Shown here: positions 9,733-20,333 of the stretch, in pieces
Position numbering within the stretch: position 1 is the first letter of the stretch
Layout of the letters: the number at the start of each line of letters is the position of its first letter
Sequence record: SRR20825006_483
DNA: 64,000 nucleotides
Reading direction: 5' to 3' (one strand)
The notes under the pieces: generated by a model
The model's database searches: none
Told to the model about the DNA's origin: nothing
What the model saw: only the letters and a program-made list of their open reading frames with translations
Made by a program: the position numbers and the translations under genes

Positions 9733-10725
9733 TCAGAACTTCAGCGATTCACGCGGCTGCATGGGATTGGCAGCGTCGAATTGCTCGATCAGTTTCTTGG
9801 ATTCGTCGTCGATCGATTCGGGCAATTGAATTTGCAATTCGACCATCAAATCGCCGTCTGTTCCCTTTGGGTTGCGAACGCCCTGTCCTTTCAGACGCAA
9901 ACGTTTGCCGCTGGAACTGCCCGCTGGAATCGAAAGCGTGATCGTTCCCGCGGGAGTTGGCACGTCGACCTTGGCACCCAAGACAGCTTCCGCGACGGTG
10001 ATCGGAAGTTTGAGTTCCAAGTGGTTGCCGTTGCGTTTGTAGAACGGGTGGTCGTCGACTTGAATGATCAGGATCAAGTCACCCGCACCACCGGGGCCGG
10101 GATGTCCCTGTTCACGCAATCGAATTTTGCTGCCGGAGCTGACCCCGGGTGGAATCGCTACCGACAGTTTTTCTTGTTTGCCACCTCGAGCGAGATAGAA
10201 CTCGACTTTGTCACCCAGCACCGCGGTGCGGAACGTGACAGACAATTCGTGCCGAATGTTCTGACCACGTTGCGGAGGTGCCGATCGCTGGCCACCACCG
10301 AATGGTGAACCGCCACCGCCCCGTGCTCCGCCACCGAGGATTTGTTCGAAGAAGTCGTTGAACCCGTTCTCAAATCCAGGTTGTCCTCCTCCCCCGCCAC
10401 CGCGACCGGCCGCGCCGAAGATTTGTTCCAGATCCAAGCCGTCAAAGGATGGGCCCGCTGCTCCGCCACCACCGCCGGCTCCGGGATTCCAACCCCCGCG
10501 AATTTTTTCGAAGTCGGATCCGTAGCGATCGTATGCCGCTCGCTTTTGTTCGTCGTTGAGGACTTCGTACGCTTCCTGAACGCGTTTGAATTTTTCTTGC
10601 GCGTCCGGATTATCGGGGTTCATGTCCGGATGGTACTTCCGGGCTAACTTGCGATAGGCTTTGGTCAGTTCGGCCTTGTCGGCGTCGCGAGAAACTCCCA
10701 GCGTTTGATACAGATCTTCGGCCAC
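9733..10725 (-). CDS. Class B J-domain co-chaperone (CbpA/DnaJ-like, no zinc finger)
   Basis: [21 protein letters not shown]-domain, G/F-rich linker, DnaJ C-terminal domains, no CxxCxGxG repeats. Confidence 0.9.
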   Translation of the reverse strand: MAEDLYQTLGVSRDADKAELTKAYRKLARKYHPDMNPDNPDAQEKFKRVQEAYEVLNDEQKRAAYDRYGSDFEKIRGGWNPGAGGGGGAAGPSFDGLDLEQIFGAAGRGGGGGGQPGFENGFNDFFEQILGGGARGGGGSPFGGGQRSAPPQRGQNIRHELSVTFRTAVLGDKVEFYLARGGKQEKLSVAIPPGVSSGSKIRLREQGHPGPGGAGDLILIIQVDDHPFYKRNGNHLELKLPITVAEAVLGAKVDVPTPAGTITLSIPAGSSSGKRLRLKGQGVRNPKGTDGDLMVELQIQLPESIDDESKKLIEQFDAANPMQPRESLKF

Positions 10726-10828
10726 AGCGTGTCAATGATTTTGAAGGCGATTGTGTCATTTTGACAGGAACAGTCTTTTGTGGATTCACCATAGCAAACA
10801 CCGAACCACAGACCGATGGGGGAATGCC

Positions 10829-12481
10829 GTGAAGTCGATTTGTCCCCTTTTTGCCCTGATTTTGTGCGGTTTTTGCCCACCTGTGTCGCTTTGGGCCGAC
10901 GGCGACCTGACGCTGCGAGTGGTTGACGAGTCGACGGGAGAACCGACGATCGCGCGCATGGAGCTGACCCGACAGCTGCCCACAACGGTGCGGCGAACGT
11001 CGCGGCCGAAGTCGGTTTCGGTGGCTCCGCGTCATTCGCTGTCGTCGGGGCCCGGATTTGTGTTGGATGAATTCGCGGAGCTGTCGCTGCAAGATGGCGT
11101 GTACGAGTTCAAGCTGACGCGAGGTCCCGAGTCGCGAGTTCTTCGAGGCACTTTCGAAGTTCAACGTGGCAGTGAAGACGAGCATCAACTCGCACTTCCG
11201 CGAATGGTCCAGATGCGACCGGAAGGCTGGACGAGCGGCGATTGCTTGGTGCCTCGTTCGGCGGAAAGCTTGCCGATGCGAATGACGGCAGAAGATCTGC
11301 ATTTCGCAAACGTCCTTCGTGATTTGGAAATCGCCGGACGCGGAACAGAGAAACCGATCCCACGTCGCAACGCTAAGAACCTGTTCGGTGAAAACGAGCC
11401 TGTGCAAACGCCTGATGGTTGGCCGACGGAACCATTGTGGATTGAGACTAATGTCGACTGCATCGGCGGTTTGGCGTTTTATCGAAACCAGATCGATCCC
11501 GACTGGAATCCAGTTCCAACGGGAAAGTTTGCTTCGCAAGAGCTTGCTTCACTCGGTTGGATAGCAAGTCTGCCGGCCGATTCTTCCACGCGTGTTGCGA
11601 TTGAAAATCCGTTCGCTTGGTTGTTGCCGATTTGGTTGGCTAGCGAAAAGATCGACGGCGTCTTTGTGCTCGGCGATTGGTTGCGACTGAATGAATCCGT
11701 CAATCGCGTTTCCGACGGACGCATGCTGCAGCCCGCCAACCGGACCGATGCGACTCAGCTTGGACGTGACGCCGAGCAGATCCATTGGCATTTGTTGGAC
11801 GCTGGTTTCCGACTGGCGCCGATGGCGGGCTCAGGTGATGAACCGGGTAACTCGCCGGTGGGATACAACCGTTTGTATGTTGCTGCTCGATCGCAGACTT
11901 CGTCGTTTGAATCGAGGGAAGAAGCGGTTGCCGTCGGGACGATGGAAGATTGGTGGAACGCGGCTTGGGACGGTTGCAGTTTCGCGACAAACGGTCCATT
12001 GATGCGAACTAATCTGGAGGGACTTTTGCCCGGCCATGTATTCGAGATTCGTCCGGCTGACGTCAGCGGCGACGAATCGGTCGAGCTGACCGCCGAAGTT
12101 GTCCTGAACGTTCGCGACCCGGTCGAGTACCTCGAAGTCATTCACAACGGTCGGTTGCACTATGGAGCGAAGTTGGACGAATTCGCGAAAGCGGGCGGTC
12201 GAATCCCTCCTCTGAAAATCAAAGAATCGGGCTGGGCGACGGTTCGAGTGGTGACATTGCACGAGGACCACTACCGGGCCGTGATTTCGTCGCCTTGGTA
12301 TTTTCAGGTTGGTGGGCAACCGAGAATCTCCGCACGCAGCGTCGCTTTTTTCCAGAAGTGGTTGGGCGAAACCGAGCAGCGATTGACCAAGCTTCCACGT
12401 GACCAATTGAAGGCATTTGTGCCCTACGTTCGGGCGGCTCGCAAATTTTGGGCGGAGCGAGCCGAGAAAGCTGGTTCGTGA
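10829..12481 (+). CDS. Secreted PHP-like (CehA/McbA-like) protein with degenerate metal ligands
   Basis: Signal peptide, TRGPE, GWTSGD, AEDL, PVGYNRLY, FATNGPL motifs recalled from this family. The HxH after SGD is absent. Confidence 0.55.
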   Translation: MKSICPLFALILCGFCPPVSLWADGDLTLRVVDESTGEPTIARMELTRQLPTTVRRTSRPKSVSVAPRHSLSSGPGFVLDEFAELSLQDGVYEFKLTRGPESRVLRGTFEVQRGSEDEHQLALPRMVQMRPEGWTSGDCLVPRSAESLPMRMTAEDLHFANVLRDLEIAGRGTEKPIPRRNAKNLFGENEPVQTPDGWPTEPLWIETNVDCIGGLAFYRNQIDPDWNPVPTGKFASQELASLGWIASLPADSSTRVAIENPFAWLLPIWLASEKIDGVFVLGDWLRLNESVNRVSDGRMLQPANRTDATQLGRDAEQIHWHLLDAGFRLAPMAGSGDEPGNSPVGYNRLYVAARSQTSSFESREEAVAVGTMEDWWNAAWDGCSFATNGPLMRTNLEGLLPGHVFEIRPADVSGDESVELTAEVVLNVRDPVEYLEVIHNGRLHYGAKLDEFAKAGGRIPPLKIKESGWATVRVVTLHEDHYRAVISSPWYFQVGGQPRISARSVAFFQKWLGETEQRLTKLPRDQLKAFVPYVRAARKFWAERAEKAGS

Positions 12482-12608
12482 GGAATCCGGCTGGAAGATG
12501 CAGCCCGCTAGAGATTCGAAGCTGGCGAGAGAATTGAAAGCGGGTGGCAATCGAGATTTGAATTGCCGCCTCTCGTCAAATCGCCGCGGATCGTCGAAAC
12601 TAGCCACC

Positions 12609-13544
12609 ATGACGAATCTTGCTAGCGATCTGTTTCCCCACCCGTCGTCGGAATTGTCCATCGACGGTCACACGCTGCGCTACATCGATACGGCGGCCAG
12701 CTCTGACATCCCGAGTTCCGCGGTCGGATCCTCCGATGGCCAGCCAACGTTTCTTTGTGTGCATGGCAATCCGACGTGGAGCTTTTACTACCGGCGAATC
12801 ATCGAGCGGTATGGCAAGCAGCAACGAGTGATCGCGGTCGATCACATCGGTTGTGGTCGCAGCGACAAACCATCGGAAGACGAATTCCCGTACACGATGG
12901 CCGCGCATCGAGACAACCTGATTCGGTTGGTCGACGAGTTGGATCTGAAGAACGTGATCCTGATCGCTCACGATTGGGGTGGTGCGATTGGCTTGTCAGC
13001 CATGCATGCTCGCCGAGACCGCTTGGCAGGGATTGGGTTGCTGAACACCGCTGCGTTCCCACCGCCATACATGCCTCAGCGAATTGCCGCGTGCCGGATG
13101 CCGGTGTTGGGAACTCCCGCAGTTCGCGGATTGAACTTGTTCGCACGGGCCGCGGTCACCATGGCCATGTCGCGTACGAAGATGAAACCCGACGTCGCAG
13201 CGGGATTGCTGGCTCCCTATGACAACTGGAAGAACCGAGTCGCAATCGATCGGTTCGTTCGCGACATTCCTTTGAATGATTCGCATCCCACGATGAAGAC
13301 TCTTCGGCAGCTGAAGTCCGATCTGCCGGACCTGGCATCGCTACCCATCTCTTTGATTTGGGGGATGAAGGATTGGTGTTTTCGGCCGGAATGTCTGCGA
13401 CGCTTCCAATCCGTTTGGCCCGACGCGGAAGTCACGGAACTGGCGACGACCGGTCACTATGTGATCGAAGACTCGCCCGAAGAAACCTTGGCCGCGATTG
13501 ATTCATTGCTCGCCCGCGTCAAGGAACGCATCGGTGCGGCGTGA
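12609..13544 (+). CDS. drbA: Haloalkane dehalogenase subfamily III / OleB-like alpha/beta hydrolase (DrbA-like)
   Basis: HGNPTW, DHIGCGRSDKP, nucleophile HDWGG, WGMKDWCF, GHYVIED. From recall, near-identical to R. baltica DrbA. Confidence 0.85.
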   Translation: MTNLASDLFPHPSSELSIDGHTLRYIDTAASSDIPSSAVGSSDGQPTFLCVHGNPTWSFYYRRIIERYGKQQRVIAVDHIGCGRSDKPSEDEFPYTMAAHRDNLIRLVDELDLKNVILIAHDWGGAIGLSAMHARRDRLAGIGLLNTAAFPPPYMPQRIAACRMPVLGTPAVRGLNLFARAAVTMAMSRTKMKPDVAAGLLAPYDNWKNRVAIDRFVRDIPLNDSHPTMKTLRQLKSDLPDLASLPISLIWGMKDWCFRPECLRRFQSVWPDAEVTELATTGHYVIEDSPEETLAAIDSLLARVKERIGAA

Positions 13545-14448
13545 TCCGTGGCAATGGATCGCGAATGCAATTGGCGGTCCAGCCGATGCGATTCAGTACG
13601 CTTGCGTGTTGGAAGCGACCGCACCGAAAGCGGGCAACGTTCATCCGGTCGCAAAGTTTGACGATCTCTGCTTTGCCGATTTCGTTTCTGCCGCCGAAAT
13701 TGCCGCCATCGAACTGACCGTGGCCCAAATGGGTTTGGGCGATCGAGTGCATTCATTGATCGATCAGACAAGACGCAGGACAAACACGAACGTCAATCTA
13801 GGAATCGCGTTGCTGTTCGGGCCGATCGTGTTGGCGGAAGAACAGCAGCGGCCGACGAGTGATTCATGGACGTTGGATCATTGGCACGACGCAACTTCAA
13901 ACGTTCTGCTGAACATCACGAAAGAACAAAGTCATCGGTTGGGACAAGCGATCGCGAAAGCGTCGGCCGGTGGCATGGATGGAGATTATCAACCGGAAGA
14001 CCCGTCGCTCGACGTTCAATCGTTGACCGATTCGTTCAATGTGATGGCCGCGATGCGAGAGGCAAAGAATCGCGATTTGATTGCGGCCGAATACGCAAAC
14101 GGCTTTGAGAGTTTCTTTGCCAATGTTGTGCCGACCGTAGAAACATCCGTTCGCGAAACGGGCGATCTGCTATCCGGTATTTCGCTGGCTCATCTGCGAT
14201 TGTTGGCCGACCGCGGTGACACGTTGATCGCGAGGAAGAATGGCCGACAAACCGAACGAGAGATTCGCAAACTAGCCGAGCGATGCGTGGACGATTTCCA
14301 ACGCAGCGGGAATTCCGGTATCGGCGAACTTGAATCGATCAAAGAGTTCGACGCGTATCTGCGGAGCGAAGCTCACCGTTTGAATCCTGGAACGACGGCG
14401 GACTTCATTGCCGCCGCCGTCTATGTTTGCTTGCGAATGCGCAGTTGA
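13534..14448 (+). CDS. CitG-family protein (triphosphoribosyl-dephospho-CoA synthase-like; Orf7 type of H4MPT/methanofuran C1 clusters)
   Basis: ACVLEATAPKAGNV, NVNLGIALL, DTLIARKNG, LNPGTTADFIAA. Overlaps the drbA stop; start uncertain. Confidence 0.8.
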   Translation: MRRDPWQWIANAIGGPADAIQYACVLEATAPKAGNVHPVAKFDDLCFADFVSAAEIAAIELTVAQMGLGDRVHSLIDQTRRRTNTNVNLGIALLFGPIVLAEEQQRPTSDSWTLDHWHDATSNVLLNITKEQSHRLGQAIAKASAGGMDGDYQPEDPSLDVQSLTDSFNVMAAMREAKNRDLIAAEYANGFESFFANVVPTVETSVRETGDLLSGISLAHLRLLADRGDTLIARKNGRQTEREIRKLAERCVDDFQRSGNSGIGELESIKEFDAYLRSEAHRLNPGTTADFIAAAVYVCLRMRS

Positions 14449-14457
14449 ACGCCGGCG

Positions 14458-15939
14458 TCATTCCTTCGCTTGCAGTTGTTGCTTCAAGCGTTGGATTTCG
14501 CGTTGCAATTCTTCCACCGTCGGTGGCTTGGGCTCGGCGGGCGGAAGACTTTCGACACTTGGTGTGAAGGAATCGTTGGGCAACGCCAACGGATCGGACT
14601 CGACCGATGGTTCCGCAGTCGGCTTGGGCGAAGGCAGAGATTCGGCGGGAGCCGGCAAAGTGAATGTCGCCTTGGGCTCGGCGTTCGGCGGAGGAAGCTC
14701 TTCGCTGGCGGGTGCCTGCGATGTCGAAGCGTTGCCGCCGAGCATCTTGCCAAACATGGATCCCATGCCGCCGAGGAAACCACTCGATGGTGATTCGCCC
14801 GAGTCGGTGGTTTCTTCGTTGGTTTCCGCGGTCGAGGTTGCTGAATTGGCGATGGCGGAACGCGTGGGTTCGCCGCCCGGCCCGCCCATTTCAATTTGCT
14901 TTTGAAGCATCGCGTCACCGCGAATCAAACCAAACTCGATTTCGTCGCCGGGTCGAAGAACGGAGATCTCACGAAGTAAGTCGTCTGTTCCACGGATGAG
15001 ACGACCGGAGGCCGAAACAATCCGATCCCCTTCGGCGAGACCCGAGACTTTGCCCGCGGTGCCATCAGGAACCGACACGATCATGACGCCACGTTGGGGT
15101 GCCGCATCGCGAACTTCGATGCCAAGTGAACCACGCGAACGAGCGAGGGTGGGGCCCGCGTTGTTAGTTGGCGGCGGCAGACGGTTGGTCGCTGGTGCTG
15201 GGAGTTGGGGGGCAGGAAACTCGTTGTCCTGCGGACGATTCATGTTTGATTCGGAGGCGTCCAAAACACTTCGGCCGGCATCGGGAAGTGTGATGGGTGG
15301 CTTGGCGGCGATGCGTTCATTGGCGATTGCCGGAACATTTCCGCGGTACAAGCGACCGCCGCGAAACAACTGCATCGCAACGGAAGGACTCTCTCCAGGT
15401 GTCGACCGGATGTCATCGAGTGCGGCGACGGCTTCGTCGAGCGAGCGTGTTCGCGAGTTGCCGATCGATACGATCAAGTCTCCCGGGCGAACACCAGCTT
15501 CATCGGCACGTGAGTCGGACGAAAAGCCGTCGACACGGAGGCCTTGGTATCCTCCGACAACCGCCGGCGAGACTCGCATGCCGAACTCGATGCTATCCGA
15601 CGCGATCTCACCGCTACGTCCCGTCACGGTGGGTTGCCCGTTCGATGCGGCTGGGTTGCGTTGCGTCGTCGGGGCACGTCGATCGGTCGACGGATTCGTT
15701 CTTGGGAACGGCGTGGCCAACGTTCGGTTTCGTCCCGAATTGGCGCGGTTGGTGGCGGCAGGATTCTGGTACGGTGGTTGTTGAAGCGGAGACGGCGGCG
15801 GGGTTTGAATGCGGTTTCGCAAACGTTCCAGCAGCCGTTGAGCCGACGCATCCGATGCGTCGATCGCATGAATGCACGAAACCATCGACAGGCAAACGGC
15901 CCAACGAATCCAGTTCGAGCGTCGACGTGATCGAAGCAT
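14458..15939 (-). CDS. Secreted protein with two PDZ domains and Pro-rich linkers
   Basis: Signal peptide (..ASAQ), SRADEAGVRPGDLIVSI and GSLGIEV..GLAEGDRIVSA, C-terminal coiled coil EELQREIQRLKQQL. Confidence 0.8.
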   Translation of the reverse strand: MLRSRRRSNWIRWAVCLSMVSCIHAIDASDASAQRLLERLRNRIQTPPPSPLQQPPYQNPAATNRANSGRNRTLATPFPRTNPSTDRRAPTTQRNPAASNGQPTVTGRSGEIASDSIEFGMRVSPAVVGGYQGLRVDGFSSDSRADEAGVRPGDLIVSIGNSRTRSLDEAVAALDDIRSTPGESPSVAMQLFRGGRLYRGNVPAIANERIAAKPPITLPDAGRSVLDASESNMNRPQDNEFPAPQLPAPATNRLPPPTNNAGPTLARSRGSLGIEVRDAAPQRGVMIVSVPDGTAGKVSGLAEGDRIVSASGRLIRGTDDLLREISVLRPGDEIEFGLIRGDAMLQKQIEMGGPGGEPTRSAIANSATSTAETNEETTDSGESPSSGFLGGMGSMFGKMLGGNASTSQAPASEELPPPNAEPKATFTLPAPAESLPSPKPTAEPSVESDPLALPNDSFTPSVESLPPAEPKPPTVEELQREIQRLKQQLQAKE

Positions 15940-16037
15940 TTTTATCTCAATTTTAGGACTGAAGGTTCCTTCGACAGTTTGCCTCCCGACGGGTGGGAGG
16001 GAACGCAGAAGGACGCGGTCAATCGATCATAGAGAGA

Positions 16038-17153
16038 ATGATGGGGAACGCCAACCAATTCGGGTTTGACGAGCCTGCCAACGGCACCCAAGCGGCCAAT
16101 TCTGGCGATGCATCCGACCGAATACCGCTTTTTCGGCCATTTTCTCTGACAGAGCTTCCCACGCTGCTGCCACCAGCACTCGCCCAAATCCCGCCATCTC
16201 GAGCGGTGATGGTGGCGGACCAAATTCGATCGGCAATTTCACGCCAAGTCACCGACGACTTGATTTTGCTGATCAGCGAGAGCTCCGATGCGATCGCGAT
16301 CGTTCTGGGAACACCCAACAGCGATATGGCGACTGTGCTGCACGCAGGCCCGATCGTCGTCGCGGCGGACCAACCCGCTCGCCCGCTCGACCGAGAATCT
16401 CAGAATTCACGATTGGCCGATGGGCTTGGCCGGACACTTGGTCAGATTTGCCGGCAGCGGGGAATCAGATTCTTGCAGTGGGCGACCGCTTGGCCACCGG
16501 AAGATTCCGCTTCTGATGCGGATGATCCATCGTTTGCAGAAGGCGACTCCACTCGGTCCATCGATTTGCCGAGTGCCTGGCCGAAGTGGATGGGGTTCTC
16601 CAAAGTCGGCGATTTGGAGTATCTCGCTCTCGACTTGAGCGAATCGTCTTCCTTCGACTCGCTGGATGCCCCGACCCAGCTGCACGCTCGTGCCGTCGAT
16701 GTCAATGACGAAGAGCAAATGAACGCAATTCGTGCGTTGGTTGAGCTGACGTATCAGGGGTCGATGGATTGTCCCTCGCTGGAACAATTTCGGACCGCGG
16801 CGGAGATCATGGATGGCTATCAAGGCGTACCCACCTACGCCCCGGATCTGTGGTTCATGCTGTCCGAGCGACCGGGAGACGAACCCATTGGATGCTTGTT
16901 AATGGCACGTCACGGTGGCGATCCGGCATCGGTTTTGGAGGTCGTCTACATGGGTGTGGTTCCTGATGCTCGTGGCCGCGGTTTCTCACGTGACATCCTT
17001 TCGTTGGCGCTTGATTGCTGTCGTGAGGAGTCCGCTTCACGAATGATTCTCGCCGTGGATCGAACCAATCGTCCGGCTCGCGATGCATACCTGCGTTTGC
17101 CGATGCAAACCGTTCTGCGTGAGTCCGTTTGGGCGAGGAATACAACCAGCTGA
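16038..17153 (+). CDS. GNAT-family N-acetyltransferase
   Basis: C-terminal EVVYMGVVPDARGRGFS (acetyl-CoA loop) and LAVDRTNRPARDAY. Confidence 0.8.
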   Translation: MMGNANQFGFDEPANGTQAANSGDASDRIPLFRPFSLTELPTLLPPALAQIPPSRAVMVADQIRSAISRQVTDDLILLISESSDAIAIVLGTPNSDMATVLHAGPIVVAADQPARPLDRESQNSRLADGLGRTLGQICRQRGIRFLQWATAWPPEDSASDADDPSFAEGDSTRSIDLPSAWPKWMGFSKVGDLEYLALDLSESSSFDSLDAPTQLHARAVDVNDEEQMNAIRALVELTYQGSMDCPSLEQFRTAAEIMDGYQGVPTYAPDLWFMLSERPGDEPIGCLLMARHGGDPASVLEVVYMGVVPDARGRGFSRDILSLALDCCREESASRMILAVDRTNRPARDAYLRLPMQTVLRESVWARNTTS

Positions 17154-17262
17154 GAACAGGAAACAAGTGTGCATCGATCTTGAATCCCCTCGCTGGAATG
17201 AGGTATCGACGTTCTGCAGAACGTGCCTTTCTTTTCCGCTCCGTGCGCCGTCGTGATTCGCT

Positions 17263-18276
17263 ATGACTGAAACCAATCTCTCACCCACCACCATTGCTTC
17301 TGAGATGAACTTGGGAGCCACTGATCCATCCACTCCAAGTTTTGCGGATGCAACGTCGGACCTGATCACGCAGATGACCGAAGGGAACTTCGATGGTTTG
17401 ACGGATTACGCGACCACACACCTCGCACCCGCACTTCTATCAGCGGGTTTGGGTTTGTTTGTCATCTTCATCGGGTACTTGGTTGCCAAGTACTTGATGC
17501 GAGTCATCAGTCGGCCGGTTTGTCGGCGTGTGGACGAAACGCTTGGCAAGTTCGTCGGCAAGATGGTTTTCTACTCGATCATGTTTGCCGTCGTCGGCGG
17601 TGTGCTGACAAAGTTGGGTGCACCACTGGGCGGATTGGCCGCGATGTTGGCCGCCGCTGGTTTTGCGGTTGGTTTGGCGTTTCAAGGAACGCTCAGCAAC
17701 TTCGCCTCCGGTGTTCTGATGTTGGTGTTTCGTCCGTTCAAGGTCGGTGATGTTGTCAACGCGGCTGGCGTGACGGGCAAGGTCGACGAGATCGATTTGT
17801 TCACGACGACGTTGGACACCCCTGACAACCGACGCATCATTGTTCCCAACAGTGCGATCGCGGGTGGAACGATTGAAAACATCAGCCACCATCAACATCG
17901 CCGTGTCGAAGTGCCCGTCGGTGTCGACTACTCCGCCGACCTGCAAACCACTCGAGATGCACTTCAAAACGCCGTGGACCAACTGTCTGCCAATGTGATC
18001 CAAGGCGAAAATCGAGGCAGTGCTGTCGTGCTGGCTGGTTTGGGTGATAGTGCGGTGAATTGGAAAGTCCGTATGTGGGTTGCCAGTTCAAATTTTTGGC
18101 CGATGACCGAGGCTTTGACCGGCGAAATCAAAACGCAACTGGATGCGGCCGAAATCGGTATCCCGTTCCCTCAAATGGATGTGCACGTGCATCAATTTGC
18201 AGACACGGCTGCAATTGCTGAAAAAGCTGGACGCACGCGGCCGACCCGACGGGGCGCCGATCGCATGGTTGGGTGA
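17263..18276 (+). CDS. mscS: Small-conductance mechanosensitive channel
   Basis: AAGFAVGLAFQGTLSNFASG, RPFKVGD, IPFPQMDVH. Confidence 0.92.
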   Translation: MTETNLSPTTIASEMNLGATDPSTPSFADATSDLITQMTEGNFDGLTDYATTHLAPALLSAGLGLFVIFIGYLVAKYLMRVISRPVCRRVDETLGKFVGKMVFYSIMFAVVGGVLTKLGAPLGGLAAMLAAAGFAVGLAFQGTLSNFASGVLMLVFRPFKVGDVVNAAGVTGKVDEIDLFTTTLDTPDNRRIIVPNSAIAGGTIENISHHQHRRVEVPVGVDYSADLQTTRDALQNAVDQLSANVIQGENRGSAVVLAGLGDSAVNWKVRMWVASSNFWPMTEALTGEIKTQLDAAEIGIPFPQMDVHVHQFADTAAIAEKAGRTRPTRRGADRMVG

Positions 18277-18372
18277 GTTGGATGCACCCTTCCGCGGAAC
18301 GGTGAACAATTGGCGAATCCGTGACTGGGATCGCTGTCGGCTAGCCCGGCGGTGACGCTGTGAAGTATGCTG

Positions 18373-18403
18373 AGGCCACCGAGTCAAATCGGTGGCCTTT
18401 TTT
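18373..18403 (+). terminator. Intrinsic terminator after mscS
   Basis: AGGCCACCGA-GTCAAA-TCGGTGGCCT followed by a T-run. Confidence 0.8.
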
Positions 18404-18443
18404 CGTTAGATGCCGTTTCATCACACCATCAATCGGTACGACC

Positions 18444-19166
18444 ATGTGGCACACCAGCCAAGGCGATCGCACGCTCGAAGGTGCCGAAGCGGAATTGATG
18501 CAGCGATTGATTGAGTCGTTGCTCGAAGATCTGCTGATGCAGTTCGATGAAGAATGGCAGCCCGATGCCGATTGGTCCTGCGAGACCGGGATCGAACTGT
18601 TTGATAACCTGCACAGCGAACAACAGATCGCATTGTTGCATGACGTCGCGCAGCACTTGTTGGAGCCCACGCCCGAAGGCATGCCGCTCAGTGCGATTGC
18701 CGAAGCCACGGTGGCAGCCCTGTTTTCGGAGTTGCACCATCACGTGGAGATGGAAATGGATTTGTCGTTGGACGTCGAAAACGTCTACTGGCGGCAATTG
18801 ATCCGTGACGCGGCGATTGATTGTTTAGTCCGCGATGACTTGCTGGGGATGGAACGTAAGACGGGTGAAGTCATTCATGTCGACGAAGTGATGCCAACGG
18901 AATTCCGGATTCCAGATTTGCATTCGTTGGACACGGCGGCGTGGGATGAATTGATCGAGTCTCTGGCAGATCAAATTCTTTGGGACCGCGACTTTGAGAT
19001 GGCGTCTTTGTTCTTGGACGAAGACCCGCGCCAATCAGCGACACGCCGAGAAGTGATGGGAATCGACGCGAATTATTTTGTTCAGATCCCGCCTGATCCC
19101 CGTCCCAGCGAAATGCCTTCGTTGGTGTCGGCGACGCAAGCGTTGATCCGGCGCAAACCTCGCTGA
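18444..19166 (+). CDS. Acidic hypothetical protein
   Basis: 240-codon ORF filling the gap between terminator and surE, globular acidic composition (LADQILWDRDF). Confidence 0.7.
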   Translation: MWHTSQGDRTLEGAEAELMQRLIESLLEDLLMQFDEEWQPDADWSCETGIELFDNLHSEQQIALLHDVAQHLLEPTPEGMPLSAIAEATVAALFSELHHHVEMEMDLSLDVENVYWRQLIRDAAIDCLVRDDLLGMERKTGEVIHVDEVMPTEFRIPDLHSLDTAAWDELIESLADQILWDRDFEMASLFLDEDPRQSATRREVMGIDANYFVQIPPDPRPSEMPSLVSATQALIRRKPR

Positions 19167-19214
19167 AACAGACTTCATCGAACTTCACTTTTGGCCAACG
19201 GTTCAGATCCGCTG

Positions 19215-20060
19215 ATGCAACGCACCGCGATTTTATTGACCAATGACGACGGGATTGATGCACCCGGCTTGATTGCAATGCATCAAGCGATCTCGCAATG
19301 GATTCAGATATCCGGCAACCAAGATCGTTATGACATCACGGTGGTTGCACCCGATCGAGGACGTAGCGAGTGTGGACACAGCGTGACGACCACCCGCGAC
19401 CTAGCCGTCACCGAAGTGCAATCACGATGGTTCGCCGTCGACGGAACGCCAGTCGATTGTGTTCGTTCTGCGATGACCGTGCTGTGCCCCAACGCTTCGC
19501 TGGTGTTCTCCGGCATCAATGCGGGCGCCAATTTGGGCGTTGACCTGCTGGTCAGCGGAACGTTCGCTGCCGCCCGCGAAGCGGCGTTGCATGGCGTCCC
19601 GAGCATGGCGGTCTCGCACTATCGACGTCCGGATGTGCCCAAAACATGGGATCACACAGGGCGATGGCTCAAGCCGGTTTTGGATTCATTTTTTCGCGAG
19701 GTGATGTCGACCGGCAATTCCGATGTCGGAATCACAGCAAATGATTCCGAGCATCGACCGGGACAATTGTGGAACGTCAATTTGCCAGCAATTGATCCGG
19801 ACACGGATTTGCCGCCGATGTTCGATTGCGAAGTGGAGCGAAAGCCAATGCAGCGAGCTGGGACGCTCAAAGATCCAGCGGAGGTTCCGGAGACGTCTCA
19901 ATCTGCGACTGGTTCGGAAGCATTGCACAGGCGAGTGAAACGTCAGCCGATCCAAATCCAATCGGATTTCCATGGACGGCCCAGGTCTTCGGGCACGGAC
20001 GTTGAGCGATGTTTTTCGGGCAATCTGACGATCAGTCGGATCAGCCCCTATCCCGCTTGA
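19215..20060 (+). CDS. surE: 5'/3'-nucleotidase SurE
   Basis: ILLTNDDGIDAPG, VVAP, GTPVDCV, SGINAGANLG, SGTFAAAREA. Confidence 0.92.
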   Translation: MQRTAILLTNDDGIDAPGLIAMHQAISQWIQISGNQDRYDITVVAPDRGRSECGHSVTTTRDLAVTEVQSRWFAVDGTPVDCVRSAMTVLCPNASLVFSGINAGANLGVDLLVSGTFAAAREAALHGVPSMAVSHYRRPDVPKTWDHTGRWLKPVLDSFFREVMSTGNSDVGITANDSEHRPGQLWNVNLPAIDPDTDLPPMFDCEVERKPMQRAGTLKDPAEVPETSQSATGSEALHRRVKRQPIQIQSDFHGRPRSSGTDVERCFSGNLTISRISPYPA

Positions 20061-20333
20061 GATACGAGGCACGCTGCAGATGCGAATCGCTTTTCGCAAT
20101 TTGCGAAACGAAAGATCTCATGCGGCGGACGATTTCCAACCACCCGCATGTTCACACTGTCCCTGATTGCACACCTGATGTGTCGCACTGGCGCAACGTG
20201 AAGGCTTGGGACAGCCTCGGCACGTGAAGCATTTGCTTCAAAGATCCAACCAATTCGGTCTCAATCGACGTGGAAAAAGAGCCACGAGGCGAGACGGGAG
20301 GGAAGGACGGGACTCAGTGTGAGAGAGCGGCAA

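Noticed and set aside
10300-10500. GGN-rich low-complexity stretch
   Set aside because: Ordinary G/F-rich linker of the J-domain protein
20061-20333. Possible small RNA between surE and csrA (TTTCGCAATTTGCGAAA palindrome, several hairpins)
   Set aside because: No recognisable RNA family or repeated GGA-loop pattern; may only be terminator structure between convergent genes. An Rfam or RNA-seq check is needed.
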